From Selaginella moellendorffii (lineage: Eukaryota > Plantae > Lycopodiophyta): a stretch of 64,000 bases of DNA. Positions within the stretch are counted from its first letter, which is position 1, and every line of letters begins with the position of its first letter. A program made the translations under genes and the position numbers. The stretch covers positions 20,902 through 84,901 of the forward strand of contig NW_003314453.1 of NCBI RefSeq assembly GCF_000143415.4, read 5' to 3'. Shown here in pieces: positions 13,901 to 26,900 of this stretch. Below the pieces are notes generated by a model. That model ran no database searches, was not told the DNA's origin, and worked only from the letters and a program-made list of their open reading frames with translations.

Positions 13901-14573
13901 GTGTCAGAAAAAAGAATAACTTTCACCTAAAAAGAAGTGCAAAAGAGAGAGATTTTGATTAGCATCGTAGGATTTTGTTTATGTTACTATACCAGCACCT
14001 TATGCGGTCCAGATTTTTGAATGAACTTGGGTATCTGTGTGACTTTAGTCAGTACTTGTTTTAGAATTTAGTGAAAATTGTGGCTACCAAGTTCTGAGAA
14101 GAATAATAACGAATGCGAGGAAGATTGAGAAGCAGCGTTGCTGTCCCGTAAATTCATGAAGCCTTGTTCCGCTTTTCCTGACGAACACTGTAGGTACTCC
14201 AAAGCGCTCAGCTACGATTCTATACTGGACTAATCAGGCATTTTAATTTCCTACACCCCAGTGGCTTGGCAACAAGAGATGGAATCCCTGAAGAAAAAAA
14301 TGAAAGAAAATGAAAGAAAATAGGAGGTTTACGTGTTTACCATGGCGTCTGATCCACCTCTTTCCTGCCAAGAGCTTTGCGAGTTGAACTTCTCCTAGTT
14401 CGACTCTCAAAAGATTAACTTGGCCTTCGAGAACTTCCGCTGGAACCACGAACAGCATGGCTGGAAAAAACACGAACATGCAAAGCATTACCCAGCCTTT
14501 CCCACACTGGTGAGATCACAAACTTGGAAACGCAAATGAATTCGCGAGTTTAAAACCAGCACAATGTATGTAC

Positions 14574-15150
14574 CTGTGTCCAGAATATAAACGTCGTTTA
14601 GATAGGCATTACCAGCATCCTCGCCACCCATGACAACGAAACAGTTCTTATAAAAAGAGCAGGTATGGCTATCCTGAGGAATAGGCGAGACTCCAGTGGT
14701 AGAAATCTTCTTCCAGACAAAAGTATCTACAGGAAAAAAAAAGTTTAGAAGAAAACAAGGAAAGATAACAGGATATTACTCGTGTTCAAAACATGGAGGT
14801 CATTGTAGTACTACTCCTCTGAGGGATCGCTGGATTTCCCACATCCCCCAAACACAAACAGGTTGTCACCGATGAGAGACGCGCTATGTCCTTCTCTCGG
14901 AGCAGGAACATCACCAAAAACGTCAGGTTTCCCCCAGGTGTTGGTAGCTGCATCAGGTGATAAGAACAAGAAAAAAACAATCGATAGAACTCGGAGCTTA
15001 CCAGTATCCAAAACAAAGAGATCGTTGAGCGGGCTGGTTCCATCGGTACCACCAAACACATAGAGCTTAGACTTGACGGCCGTTGAGCTGTGGCTGTCTC
15101 GAGGAGAAGGGTGCGTTCCTTTCATCACAGGCTTGCTCCAGGTGTACGTC
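14574..15150 (-). pseudogene. Kelch-repeat protein fragment (3 exons, 3 kelch blades)
   Basis: TYTWSKPVMKGTHPSPRDSHSSTAVKSKLYVFGGTDGTSPLNDLFVLDT / TNTWGKPDVFGDVPAPREGHSASLIGDNLFVFGGCGKSSDPSEE*YYNDLHVLNT / FVWKKISTTGVSPIPQDSHTCSFYKNCFVVMGGEDAGNAYLNDVYILDT. Short introns; one in-frame stop. Confidence 0.88.
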
Positions 15151-16517
15151 CCTGCGCAATCCCACCAGAAGAGTGAAGAACCGATGACAACGTGAATCCC
15201 CTCGTAATCCAATCTGCAAAGCATACATAAGCAAAGCATTCCCTCCCAGTCGATGGAGCGGTTGCAAATCTAGAATTGAAACAGTGCCTCCCATATTGCC
15301 ATCTTGGCCGTCTATATCAATCTTCACAGATTTGGATAGTCGGATTAATAGTATCTACCATAAGTAAAATTGAATATTCTAAAAATGGAATATGTGACGC
15401 CGATGCCAAAATAGCAACTTTAAATAAAGAGTTTGACTAGCAAAGACCCCAGCTCCGCTGGGAGATATAGCATACCCAAGATCTTCTTTTCTAATTTTAC
15501 AATGTTAAAAATTTTGATTATATACAAGTTCAAATGATATTATATCAATTGTTATAAGATATAATTTCTTTCTCTTGATATCAATTGTTTAAATGCAAAA
15601 GACTGGCATTCTGGCCATGCACAGCTCTACATGACTCAATGCCATACAACTCCATACCATTGGGATGCCTTTGAAGGAAGACATCACTCGAGCTCTTTAG
15701 TCAACTTTGCTCCTGGTTTCAGCAAGACACAGGTGGCCTTGCATCCACAAACAATGAGCTCCTCCTGTACAAGTGCCTCTTTATGGGGCAAAACCGTCAC
15801 AAAAAATGAATAAAAGCATTTCAACCCTTTTACCATGTGTTTTAATCTAGGCAGTCATTTGAAAGTGATCAAATAGTAACTACCCAAGTCCTCCAAGTGA
15901 GAATGGAATTGAGAGATAACATATAATAAGTAAAGAAAACATTCTTAATCAGCAAATCAGCAAACATGACAACAGATGATGTACCTGCTGACAAATCTTG
16001 CAGATGGTGTCCTCTTTTTTGTTGCACCAGTGCTACACATGCGTTTGATGAGCATACTACCAAACACAAAAGAGAGAAAAAAAATGAGGAAGAGCCAGAA
16101 AATTGTTTAGAACTCTCAGACCACATATTATAGAAAATTATAAGATTATTAAGATCTAGAAAATTTCAGTTCAATCATAAAATTAAAATTAAATTATTAA
16201 ACACAGCAACTATCTAAAGGAGAACATGATTATCAACAAACATAGATTATAAGACATATTAATATATTTTATAAACATAGATCTAGCACTTAAATAATAA
16301 TATTGTTATATTTTTTTATGGTACTATAATTAATAGAGTATAATAACATTATCACTGCTAGATTATACATATTAATCTATATATGTGGTCTTAGAACTCT
16401 CAGACTAAGTATTTCAGTCTTCAAGATTAGCATTTTCTATAACATCCATCTTACATTATGTAAATATCATATAATAGTGTATTACAGAGTTCAGTAGTTA
16501 TAACAGAATCCATAATC

Positions 16518-16900
16518 TTAGCAGAGACCCCAGCTCCACTGGGAGATATAACATACCCAAGATAATTAATTCTTCTTTTCTAATTTTACAATATTAGAAA
16601 ATTTTATTATATATAAAGTTAAATTTATCTAAAATTTTCTAGTATTCATCTCCAAAGAAATGTACAATAATGTAAATAAATAATAATGCATGTTGGGGAA
16701 GTAAAATCATTTTTTATCGTCATTAAATTTGAATTTGATGTTTTTATTGTCTTTATTTAAAAATGCACAACCCTAAATACATCTACAGGATTTCTGTTAT
16801 GCTTTAAAAGCAATTAAATTTTCACAAAACCAAAGAATCATAGACTACCAAAAAATAATAGATTAGTTTAGAGAAATTATAATTTTAATTGCATACTGAG
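16518..16900 (-). repeat. Internal degenerate copy of the Helitron 3' end and subterminal block
   Basis: TTAGCAGAGACCCCAGCTCCACTGGGAGATATAACATACCCAAG followed by about 350 bp similar to 6053-6480 and 18687-19000. Confidence 0.8.
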
Positions 16901-17069
16901 TTAAATTCTTTTTATGTGAACTATAATGATGCCTCTAACATTCATACTTTACTAAATAAAAATAGAATTTCTATTATATGTCTGGTTTAACATTTTAAAA
17001 CATACATAAATAAATCTATCTAGCTTGCTACCACGTTTTGTTTTATTTGAGAAAACTCTGGAATTTCAA

Positions 17070-17321
17070 CATTTTGGGAGGTCATCCTACTCTAACCCTA
17101 AGATATTAAACCCCCTGAGTATCCTAATACCCTTAACCAATTGGAATAAAATGTGCACTTTTATTTAAAAATCCTTTCCCTTTATATTTAATTTTCTATA
17201 TATCATCTTTCAAATTATTCTTTTTTGTTGCATATAATCCACCATACTTCTTTTGTAAATTTACACCCTCATGAATGAAAGCTTATAACCATCACTCTCC
17301 TAAGACCCGTGCTCTCTTGCC
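17070..17321 (-). mobile_element. Degraded Cassandra LTR plus part of the internal domain, inside Helitron H3
   Basis: Similar to the reverse complement of the 34006-34994 unit (GGGAGGTCATCC..CCCTTAACCAATTGG..GTGCAC..ATCCACCATACTTC..CACCCTCATGAATG). Confidence 0.7.
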
Positions 17322-19051
17322 ATAGCAAGGATCCCAGCTCTGCTGGGAATGTATCTTGGTTGGCGAATTTACTATTTTAAATGCATACAAGGTTAATTTG
17401 TCAAGAATTTACTACCATCTATATTCATTGTATCGTGCATTTGTTATATCATTATGATTTATTAGTTGGTGGAACTGAAGATGGTTTGGAATATTTATCA
17501 TCTGGATGTCATGCCATAAGAGATAGCAATGAGTAGTTTATTTCAATGATAGACAATTATTAGTTTGTCTATACATTTTATATATTTCATAGAGCAGTTT
17601 TAAGTCATTTTAAGACTGTAGTGTGGAGTCAATTAAATATAAGTATGTAGCATCAAGTGTTTTTAATTTTCATTTTGCTGTTAATTGTGTCAAAGTTTTT
17701 GCTTTAGTTGTGCATGTATAAAGGACCTAAGGTTGTATTTCTTGTTTACCTTTCTCCTTATATACTAAGAGGTTTATGTTCTTATATGATAGATAAACAA
17801 CCTTTTGGGCTCCTCTGTGCTGTTGTAGAAATAATACTTACAATGACAAATCATGAAAGATAAGGAAACATAAAATAAAATATCAAAGCACTGTTTTACC
17901 ATCAAAGATAGAAAAACTATTTCAAGAAAATTTTACATAAGAGAAACCTTATAGATCTTCTTAAACTAATATTCTCTTTTATCTTCATCCAAAGATAATA
18001 ATTGCATTATAAAATGTTTGTATTAAGACAAACATGCAATAATGCTTCATGATAAATCTATGCATTCATGTCTATTATATGACATGGCATTTAATATGGT
18101 ATAAGATGTCTCATACATATACAAATATCAAATCCATATCTTAATAATATCTAAAAAATTAGCAAAGTCTTTTATATTTTTAATCAGTCTTGCTCATAAT
18201 CTTACTTAAATCTACCAGCAGCTTTACATGAGTTTTATCTAGTCTCAATATTGACGAAATGATTTATTTCTATAGTTAAAATATATGGTTTACATAAGTC
18301 TTTTGATCTTGCTCTAGATTTCTTCTGCATTTGTATTATCTCAATCCCTATCAAAACATAAGGAAAATATCATAATGATAACATACATAGTTAAACATAA
18401 TATAATCTTTATATTAAAAATCCCTTCTACAATTCACTCTATCACTTACACACATCATAACATAACAAATATAACTCATAACATTATATCACATTTAAAA
18501 TTCTCTTTGTTGAGTGAAGTCTTCTATTCTAGTCTTGTACTGTATTTTCTATTGTATCTACTATATACCATCTTTGCACAACAAAATTATGTTTAATTTT
18601 AATAATATAGTATTGAATCAATAAAATACTCTTTGTTCTGTAAAGGTTTTGTTATATAGAACAATGAGTATGCTGAAATATTTTCAGGGAGATATATCAT
18701 ACCCAAGATAAATAGATCTTCTTTTTTAATTTTCCAATGTTAAAATTTTTGATTGTATGCAAGGTTAAATTTATCTTAATTTTGCAACTATTCATCTCCA
18801 GAGAAATGGAAAATAATGCAATTAGATAATAATACAAATGTTTGGGAAGATAAGATCATATTTTAATCATCACTAAATTCGAAATTGAATTCTTCTATTG
18901 CCTTTATAAAAAAGTACAAAAACCTAAACACATTTACAAGATTGCTGCCATGATTTAAAATAAATTAAATGTTCATAAAAAAAAAGAATTGTATACTACC
19001 GTCCAAAGAGAATATGCTCGCTCACTCTCTAGCACCATCAACCTTTTACCT

Positions 19052-19617
19052 TTAGGATGGAGAATGCTTGTCTATAAACTCCTGGGAGAAGGTCCATAGC
19101 TTGTGAGCGAGCTCGGGATCTCTGCCATAAGCGCTACAGTTGGATTTGTTGGAATCCACGAAGTATTGCCCAGTGACGTCCTTGAGGCTTGGATGTAAAG
19201 CCACGTATCACGTTGTAGCAGCGCCCTGAGAGATCGATCACATATTAGTCACAAAAAACTTCCAGATTATTGGGAGAATTCTTCTTACCTATGGCACATT
19301 TTTTCAAAGGAAGCTGGAGAAGAACTTGAGAACCCCTGCATGAAGATCAAAGTTCCATAAGTAACCAAAAACAATGACAAGGCAAAGAGACAAACTCATT
19401 ATGTAGAATGTGTACCGCATCAAAGGTGTCATTATAAACCCTGGATGAACATGTCAACTCCTTCGGCTTAATCAGCGAAAGAGAAAGCATTGACGAAAGA
19501 GAAAGGTGGGAGAGATTACAAAGCATTAGACGAATACCTTGAATCTCATTGCCAGTTCTTTGGCGTGGAAGATGTTTGCGAGCTTGGATTGACTGTATGC
19601 TCTAGTGTCGGAGTACC
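19052..19617 (-). pseudogene. Short-chain dehydrogenase (Tic32-like), 3' exons
   Basis: YSDTRAYSQSKLANIFHAKELAMRFK (YxxxK motif), VHPGFIMTPLMRY, GAATT*YVALHPSLKDVTGQYFVDSN..RDPELAHKLWTFSQEFI; contains stops. Confidence 0.88.
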
Positions 19618-19671
19618 TTTTGGAAGAAAAAAGGAAGAATGTAAGCTCACGAGAAAAGAGAACTGTTTGGT

Positions 19672-19829
19672 GTACTAATGACGAGATTCCCAGGTGCCTT
19701 GACAGTTTCACCACCTGCTTAAGCAGCCATTGACAAGCTGTCCTTTCCACCTTCTATTGCGACCTCAAGCTCGATCATAGTGTCGTGAAAAGCAACAGCA
19801 TATGTGCTCCTTCGGAATCAAGCTCAACC
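19672..19829 (-). pseudogene. PUR4: Phosphoribosylformylglycinamidine (FGAM) synthase fragment
   Basis: LDSEGAHM..AVAFHDTMIELEVAIEGGKDSLSMAA*AGGETVKAPGNLVIST contains the PurL signature GGKDSLSM and the plant KAPGNLVIS motif. Confidence 0.85.
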
Positions 19830-20779
19830 TGCAAAGTCAAACATATCATAAGGTGAAATATCCTTGACAAAAAAAAAAGTTCTGGCTGAGCTGCAGGATG
19901 CTCATCAATGCTCTGGTATCAATTTATATTCCAGCAGAGCTGGAGTCTTTGCTATAATAGTACTGCACGATAGGAATAAAGCGGGTAGGTAGAGAACAAA
20001 AATAAGTGCCCATTCCATAGCCAGGAAAAAAAGCTATTTTGATTCACTAAGATCAAGGTAGAGTTCAGTATAGTACTTTTTTCTTTTATAATTACAGAAT
20101 TTTTTAAACTCTTACAGATTTGAAAACTCATGGCCTCTGTTGTGGCAAGAAACTGTGCTGTTGGGATCCAAGGCAGTCCTCCTACAAACACCAGATAAAG
20201 TAATAATAGCACTAATAATAAATATTCACCTATAGCCAGCAAAGAAGTAATGGACGACAATGAAGATTTGAAGCTTGGCAAGCTCGTCGGACCCATATCT
20301 CGTTACCCATTATACTTTTAGCATTGACCATTGAGCGTCATATACCAAAAGAAGGAAAACAAGAAGAAAAAGAAGGGCAGAACATCGTGAAGAAGAAGAA
20401 AAAGCAAAAATCTTAAGAAACAGAACAAAGTGAAAGCTTGGAAATGGAATAGAAAATGCGGCCTACAGACATATGTCCTTTCAGAACCTTTCTTTAGTTG
20501 GCTGAATTTTCCTATTTCTTGTGCAGAGGTTCAACTTTGTCAAACTATGAGCGCTAGCTTCCCTGGATTTGGATGATGTCAAAGGATTTCTTAAGCATGG
20601 AAACACTCATTAGAGGCAGCAGACACGGTTTGTGACGGCTTAACCTGGACTATAAGAGCCTTGTATCAGTGACCCACTTCATCACGGAACGACTCTCATC
20701 TTCAGATCATCGATTACTGCCAAGAAAATTCGAGGAGGAAGAAGACATGCCAAGCTGCAATACCTGAGGATGGGAAGTT

Positions 20780-21350
20780 GGAGAGGGAACATTTTGGTTT
20801 TGCTTCTGCTGTCTCTGAGCTAGTGTTTTGGATCATGATGAGAGTGGAGGATACAAGAATGGCTACCACAGTTACTCGAGATCCTGTCCTCAAGCCAAGA
20901 GAATCATCAGGGACACTGTGAGCAAGCACACCGATTGGGACAGGACGATACCAGCAGGAGTTCTTTGCTTGCACTTCCACAACTGTTTCATCGACAGGAG
21001 TAGCTTTGCAAGATTTAAATTCTTGTCTTCTAACTTTGCTGTTCTTCAGGACTGTGATGGATCGGTTCTTCTCGACTGATGGAAGTAAAGTGTAAAAGTT
21101 GTCCCTTCCAAGCCTCATGTCCGCCAAGAGCTTCATTTTTGTCCTGGTGTTGTCTCCTGCGCTGACACTCTTGCCATAGCTGCCAGAGATTCAACCGTCA
21201 TGGTAAGTTTAGCATCTTTTATCAAGTTCTAAGATGGAGAGAAAAGTATTACCAAGTCCCAACTGGATGCTACGACGGAAGAGTTTCCATCCAGGAAAAC
21301 AGCAACACCTTACAATCTCCGTTTGGGGATGCATCAGCTCTCATTAAAAA
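20780..21350 (+). pseudogene. Class III peroxidase, 5' fragment
   Basis: YSRSCPQAKRIIRDTVSKH..DRTIPAGVLCLHFHNCFI, DCDGSVLLD, CPGVVSCADTLAIAARDSTV, YQVPTGCYDGRVS. The catalytic RLHFHDCF motif is mutated and there is an internal deletion. Confidence 0.9.
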
Positions 21351-22095
21351 CACTGGATATTTCAATTGGCTCCAAAACTGTAAAACAATTGTAAATCACA
21401 AAATTTGTGAACCAGCCAGTTCTCGCCTCTATAGGATGATCCTTTTGACAGCAGAATAGTACGCAATGGCCAACTCAATCCAAGGCACTGGAATTTGAAG
21501 ACATTGCAGCCAATTCTTGGAGATCTTCCCCATCTACAAGAACAAACAATGGAGGCTGAAGTGGAATCCAGTGAAGTTTACCTTCCATGTACCAACTTAT
21601 AGCATGGCAGGAGAGTCCCGCAGCCAAGTCGTGGTGTAGGCGTACTTCATCATGAGATTGAGCAGTGGCCGCTCCATCACCTGCTCTTGATTCGACACAA
21701 ACACATCCAGCCGAAACCAGAGTCACTCGTGGGACTCGATGTCTGTGACACAGGAACGCCACCTGTTTACTCCTCCCATTTTCTCCTTGGCCTCGTTCTG
21801 GATGAAGGCCCGGTCCTCGAGGATGGCAGCATGCTCTTTTTGCAGCGATGCTCCTCTCGCCCCATGTTTGCCCCAATCTGCCCGATCGCCCTAAAAAATT
21901 TCACTTGATTTGGAACGTCATTAAAATCACATTGAAGCGTTGCCACCCCTTTGGCACTTGATCTATGCCATTTATTTCAAGTTTTTGAATTTCAACCGTT
22001 AGATTATAAGTATATTCAGAAATAATATTCTAAAAATGGAATAAAAGACGCCGGATGCCATATGCCAATAGCACGTTTAAATAAGGGAGTATGAT

Positions 22096-22643
22096 TGCTT
22101 TTCTTGGACTCATAATACTATTGTATTTTATAACTCATTTCCCTTACGTGTCCTTCCCACTTGGTCATCTGGACTAATATTATTTATTCAAATCACTAAT
22201 TTGAAATAGGAACACTGTTCTTTAACCCACCAAAGAGCTTGTTCTTGATTATCAGCCATGGAATCACCTAATGATCCTATATAGATAGCTTAATAGGTTT
22301 ATCAATAGGCACTAGGTTCATTGAACCTCTAAATTGTTGACCATGACTTTGGGGCCATCCCCCACACTTGGTAGTGTGCCTAACCTAGCCTTTCTAACCA
22401 AAAGGTTTATAACAACTAAGATTAGGTGTCACCATCTCATTCACCACATCTTTGGTGTCACTTACACCAAAGTGTTCAAGTTAAATATATCAACCTTTCA
22501 CACTAAGCAACCTAACTATGCATCACAACTCCAGGGCATCCCCCCATTTGGTAGTGTGCCCAAGCCAGCCTCCTTACTGAGAGTCCATGACCATTGAAAA
22601 ATGAGTGTTCTCATATTCCAAACTTTCCCTACACCCTAGTGAG
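22096..22643 (-). mobile_element. Family L internal-region fragment
   Basis: Colinear with 55665-56216 of the intact copy. Confidence 0.75.
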
Positions 22644-22644
22644 T

Positions 22645-22730
22645 ATAAGCTCTTGGATTTTGGACTTTCCGGGAAGTCACCCAACCCAATACTATTCAAA
22701 CCCAAGGACGTTTAACCTCAACTATCCCAA
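22645..22730 (-). mobile_element. Truncated Cassandra LTR (5S-like half)
   Basis: GGACTTTCCGGGAAGTCACCCAACCCAATACTATTCAAACCCAAGGACGTTTAACC is the reverse complement of the 5S-like LTR segment. Confidence 0.8.
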
Positions 22731-23959
22731 CAGCAAGGAAACAACTCTAGAAAAAGTTGACGGTGATCACACTATGTGAGAAATGCACCAATTTAAATGA
22801 GTTAAGGTACCCTCTTTGTCTAACACAGATGCGCTACCAACTCAGACACCTTCTGGCTGTCACCGACAAATAAATGACTAATGGAGTTAGCCACCTTTGT
22901 TGCTTTGGGTGTCACCTAGCTTACAAAAGTGTGATATACCCCTACCTATAGGGATATAGAGAGAGAAGATAGAAGCCTCAACCCTCTTGAGCAAAAAAAC
23001 CAAATATATTGGTAAGGTTTAGATAAACTACTCCAACGCCATCTACTCTCCTGAAGATTGCTTCTTTCTTAAGAAACCCTCACCAAAGTTTAGCCCGAAA
23101 GAGAAAAACAAGTACCCTAGTCTTGATCTTTCAACATTTTCCCTGTAAGTAAGTTAGAAAGAGCTCGGCCCTATCTACCCTCTATTTCAAAAATTTGGGA
23201 AGAAAACACCTTAATATCCCGAGAGATCCAATAAAACATAGCATAGAACACCAATATTATGGAAAAACATCTACATGTCACCAATCTAGATTGATACCAA
23301 GGCACCATTAGTATTCTCAGAAAGCCTAGGACCAAAAGCACTTCCAAAAACAAATGGAATCCAAAACAAGGCTTGGAGAAGTATAAATTCCTACTACAAA
23401 GATGCCCCTATCTAGTTGGAGAAGAAAATCCTTTTACATACCATAAATTTGCCTAAATCTAGCCCCAAGAATCACCACTACTTGTAGATCTAGGCTAAAT
23501 TTACAAACCCAAAGGCACTACTTTGAGAAATTGAGCTGAGAATCTAGGCGAGAAAGTGAAAACCTCAAAATGTTCACTAAACTAAGCCAACAAACATTAT
23601 ATCTCCTCAAATATTGCACAACTTGATGAGTGCCATACCTTGCTGGAAATAGGATTTCAAGACCTATTCAATGCGCCCAAGATCAAGAAAAACTGCTGCA
23701 TGACAAACAAGAAATTGCTCCTCAAAGCTGCGACTGAAATGAAAAAAGAGAAATTGTGCCATATAAAGAAATACACATTCACGTTGGGTTCCCCATTTGT
23801 TAGGGGAAGGAGAGGTGCCTCCTTAAATGCTCACTCAAACACAAGAAATGCTCCAATGCTCTTCACAAATGCCCCTCCTTTGCCCTTATGGGGCAAGGGT
23901 TTTCCCAGAATCAGAATATTCCCTCTCACTCTCACATTTTCTAATTGGCCATGCCCTAA

Positions 23960-26900
23960 CAAGTGTTGGGGGTGTACTTAAAGGATGAATTGGTGTTCTT
24001 ATTATATGGAAGGATAGTTCTAAAGGGCAAAAATAGCTTACATGGAACAAAGAATGATCAAGTGTCAGAGTAACATTTGCAAAAGATGGTCCTTATGAAT
24101 TAGTCCAAACATGTTTTTGCTAATTTTTTAGGACCATTCTTTGACTCCACTAAGTCATCTAGCTTTTAAACTTTGTTAATCCGACGACACATAAGGTTTT
24201 AGCCTCAAAAATATTTTAGAGGTGCCACCATACTTGAATACCACTTTTTGTATTTATGTCCTAGGTGTATTGTATCCTAAGAAGGATTTAGAGGATCATG
24301 AGATCTAAGTATGAGAATAATGAGTATTTCATTGATGCCAGGATATGCCATACTAAAGTTATGGAAAGGTGTTCATGGAAGAAAGGAACTTTGGCAAGGA
24401 GTTGTGTGTGAACATTGTGTTGCATTGCTAACCAATAGTTGGCATAAGAAATGACTACTATTGTCTTACCAAAACTTAGACACAAATGGGAAGTGTCATG
24501 AAGGTAGGCTTATAAAACCAATAGTGTGGAAACACAAAATGTTTTAAGGGTGATTCTTTGAGTTCAAGTTGGTTGGTTCATGAGAACCCCTTGCTAAAAG
24601 AATTGTAATGAAAACAGGATTGGCATAGCTTAAGCTGTAATATATGCAATTCAAGTGTGTTGATCCAAATATTGATGGAGGTGTTGAAACACTAGCAATG
24701 AATTGTAGGATTTGATAATTATGAGGTAACTAAGCAAAATGTGTGGTATAATTAATTAGATTGGTGGAAGCTAACATCTCAAGATTTCTTATTAGGGTAA
24801 GGAGGTTACATATATCGCTTGGGGGATAAATTATTTATATTGCAATCTAGTAAGTCAATGTTGTAAAAGGAAATGCTCATTATCAAAGAAGTTTATCTTG
24901 GGACACCTAAACACTCTAAAACACTTAGAAGGTTGTGTTTGGTATTATAAGGGTATTAAGTAAGGCCCACGGGACTAAATCCCTTATAGTAGTCTATAGC
25001 ATAGTCATGTGTCTTTGGAGGGCAAAAAATAATGGATAGGAAATGCTATCTAATATCCAAAATTGCAAAGACAAAGCTAAAAGGATTTTAATCAGGCTAG
25101 TGACAAGTATACAGAGGCTTGTCAATGGGTATATAGTAGTAATGTTAATCCCAGTGTATTGAGGAACCACTCCCTAAGAAATAGAGTATAGTCATCCTTA
25201 AGAATATTTACTAAGTCATAGTAGTGTAAGTGACTAAATTTTCCATTCTACTTTATTCACTTAACCACACCTCTAAGCACTTGGAGGAGTCTCACTCACA
25301 ACCTCTATAAATCTTATTTTGGACTTGAGGCTTGTTAGCCCCGAGAATGGTATCCACGCCACTCAACTTTTGCACTTGGTCCAAGTGTTCCATGTGTTAA
25401 ATCCCATGATCGACACTCAAAGGTACCATTGACATATCAGCCCATTACGCTAAAGCCATGCCCATTCACCTTTGTTATATTGGTGGTTTAACACCACCTG
25501 CATCACAGTCCCATCTCTCAAAGACTGGGCCATTCGTCCATGAGTGATCACCCTAGATCCACTCTTTAGCATCCTTAGGATGCCCACAAACACGGGGAAT
25601 AGCCTTCCCCAATATCCTTTTTACAGTCCCTACCAAGTCTGTTTTCTATCCATAGCCGTATTCGCCAATACTGCCACTGGGTCAAGGCTCACAAGCCCAA
25701 CCACTAAGTCCCATTATCCTCTAGGACTTCCTCACCATGTGACTGTATCCTTAGTCACTACACTAGAGGACTGTTCCTCTTCCTTTCCACAGTTTGAGAC
25801 TTTGGGACAACATTTCTGAACACTATGGCCCTACACAAACCTCATGGGTACTCTTCCCACCTTCTACCTTTGGGTGCTCTAGCCATGGGGCTAGAGCGAG
25901 GTTTTGTTGAGCCACACTAGGTATCTAAGTAGGTAGTGCTACCATGCTTGGACTGGGAGCATCGACTATTCGATCTCCCGAGGGAACTAGAGTCGGCTCT
26001 TGAACACTTCACACCAAGCTACCCCGCTCGGACTTGGTCTCAGTCTTGGACTCGGTTCCATCTTGGACTCCATCTCAGACTCCATCTCAGGTCCATCTCG
26101 GACTCCATCTCAAACTCCATCTCAGACTCCATCTCAGGTCCATCTCAGACTCCTTCTCGAGTCCATCTCAAACTCCATCTCGAGTCCATCTCAGACTCCT
26201 TCTTGGGTCCATCTCAGACTCCATCTCGGGTCCATCTCAAACTCCATCTCGGATCCATCTTGGACTCTATTTCGGACTCCATCTTGGGTCCACCTCAGAC
26301 TCCATCTTGGGTCCATCTTAGACTCCATCTTGAACTCCATCTCGGACTCCATCTTGGGTCCATCTGGGGTCCATCTCGAACTCCATCTCGGGTCCATCTC
26401 GGACTCCATCACAGGTCAATCTCGAACTCCATCTCAGACTTCATCTTGGACTCCATCTCGAGTCCATCTCAAACTCCTTCTTGGGTCTGTCTCGGGTCCA
26501 TCTTGACACTTGTACGTATCATGTGTTGGTCCTCTTGTGTCCCTTTTCTAGAGACTCATTTACTACTTGCTTCATGCTTGTTTGTTGAGCAATTCGTTGG
26601 GAGGTCCACTCCTACTCTCGACTTTTCAAGGTTGAGTTTTTAATCCAACTATGTTACGCTCATTTGGCTTCCGCCTCAGCCACTACCACGTGGCACCCTT
26701 TCAGCTTCTCTTTAGGGCTTAGGGATTTTGTGTCTCACAGATAAAAAGTGCAAAGCTAGCCTCTTGGTATGAAGGAGAATATCTGAAGTGAATGTATAAG
26801 GCCAATAACAAGTTGTAAAGAGATAGAATTAAAGCATAGTAATCGAAGGGCATAATTAAAGGTGGTTATGCAAATTAAGAGTGTAGAATCAAGTGGGTGC

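Larger units (their letters stand above)
5877..15436 (-). mobile_element. Non-autonomous Helitron H2 (about 9.6 kb) carrying gene fragments
   Basis: Minus-strand 3' end: hairpin CCCAGC-GGA-GCTGGG (5888-5902), 7 nt, then CTAG (5877-5880) followed by T. Minus-strand 5' end: TCAAACTCTTTATTTAAA starting at 15436. Confidence 0.75.
15437..22094 (-). mobile_element. Non-autonomous Helitron H3 (about 6.7 kb) carrying gene fragments
   Basis: 3' end: hairpin 15448-15462 plus CTAG 15437-15440. 5' end: A|TCATACTCCCTTATTTAAA starting at 22094. Confidence 0.78.

Noticed and set aside
21430-21880. Spliced minus-strand gene fragment near the H3 5' end
   Set aside because: It looks exon-like, but I do not recognise the family, so no product is called.
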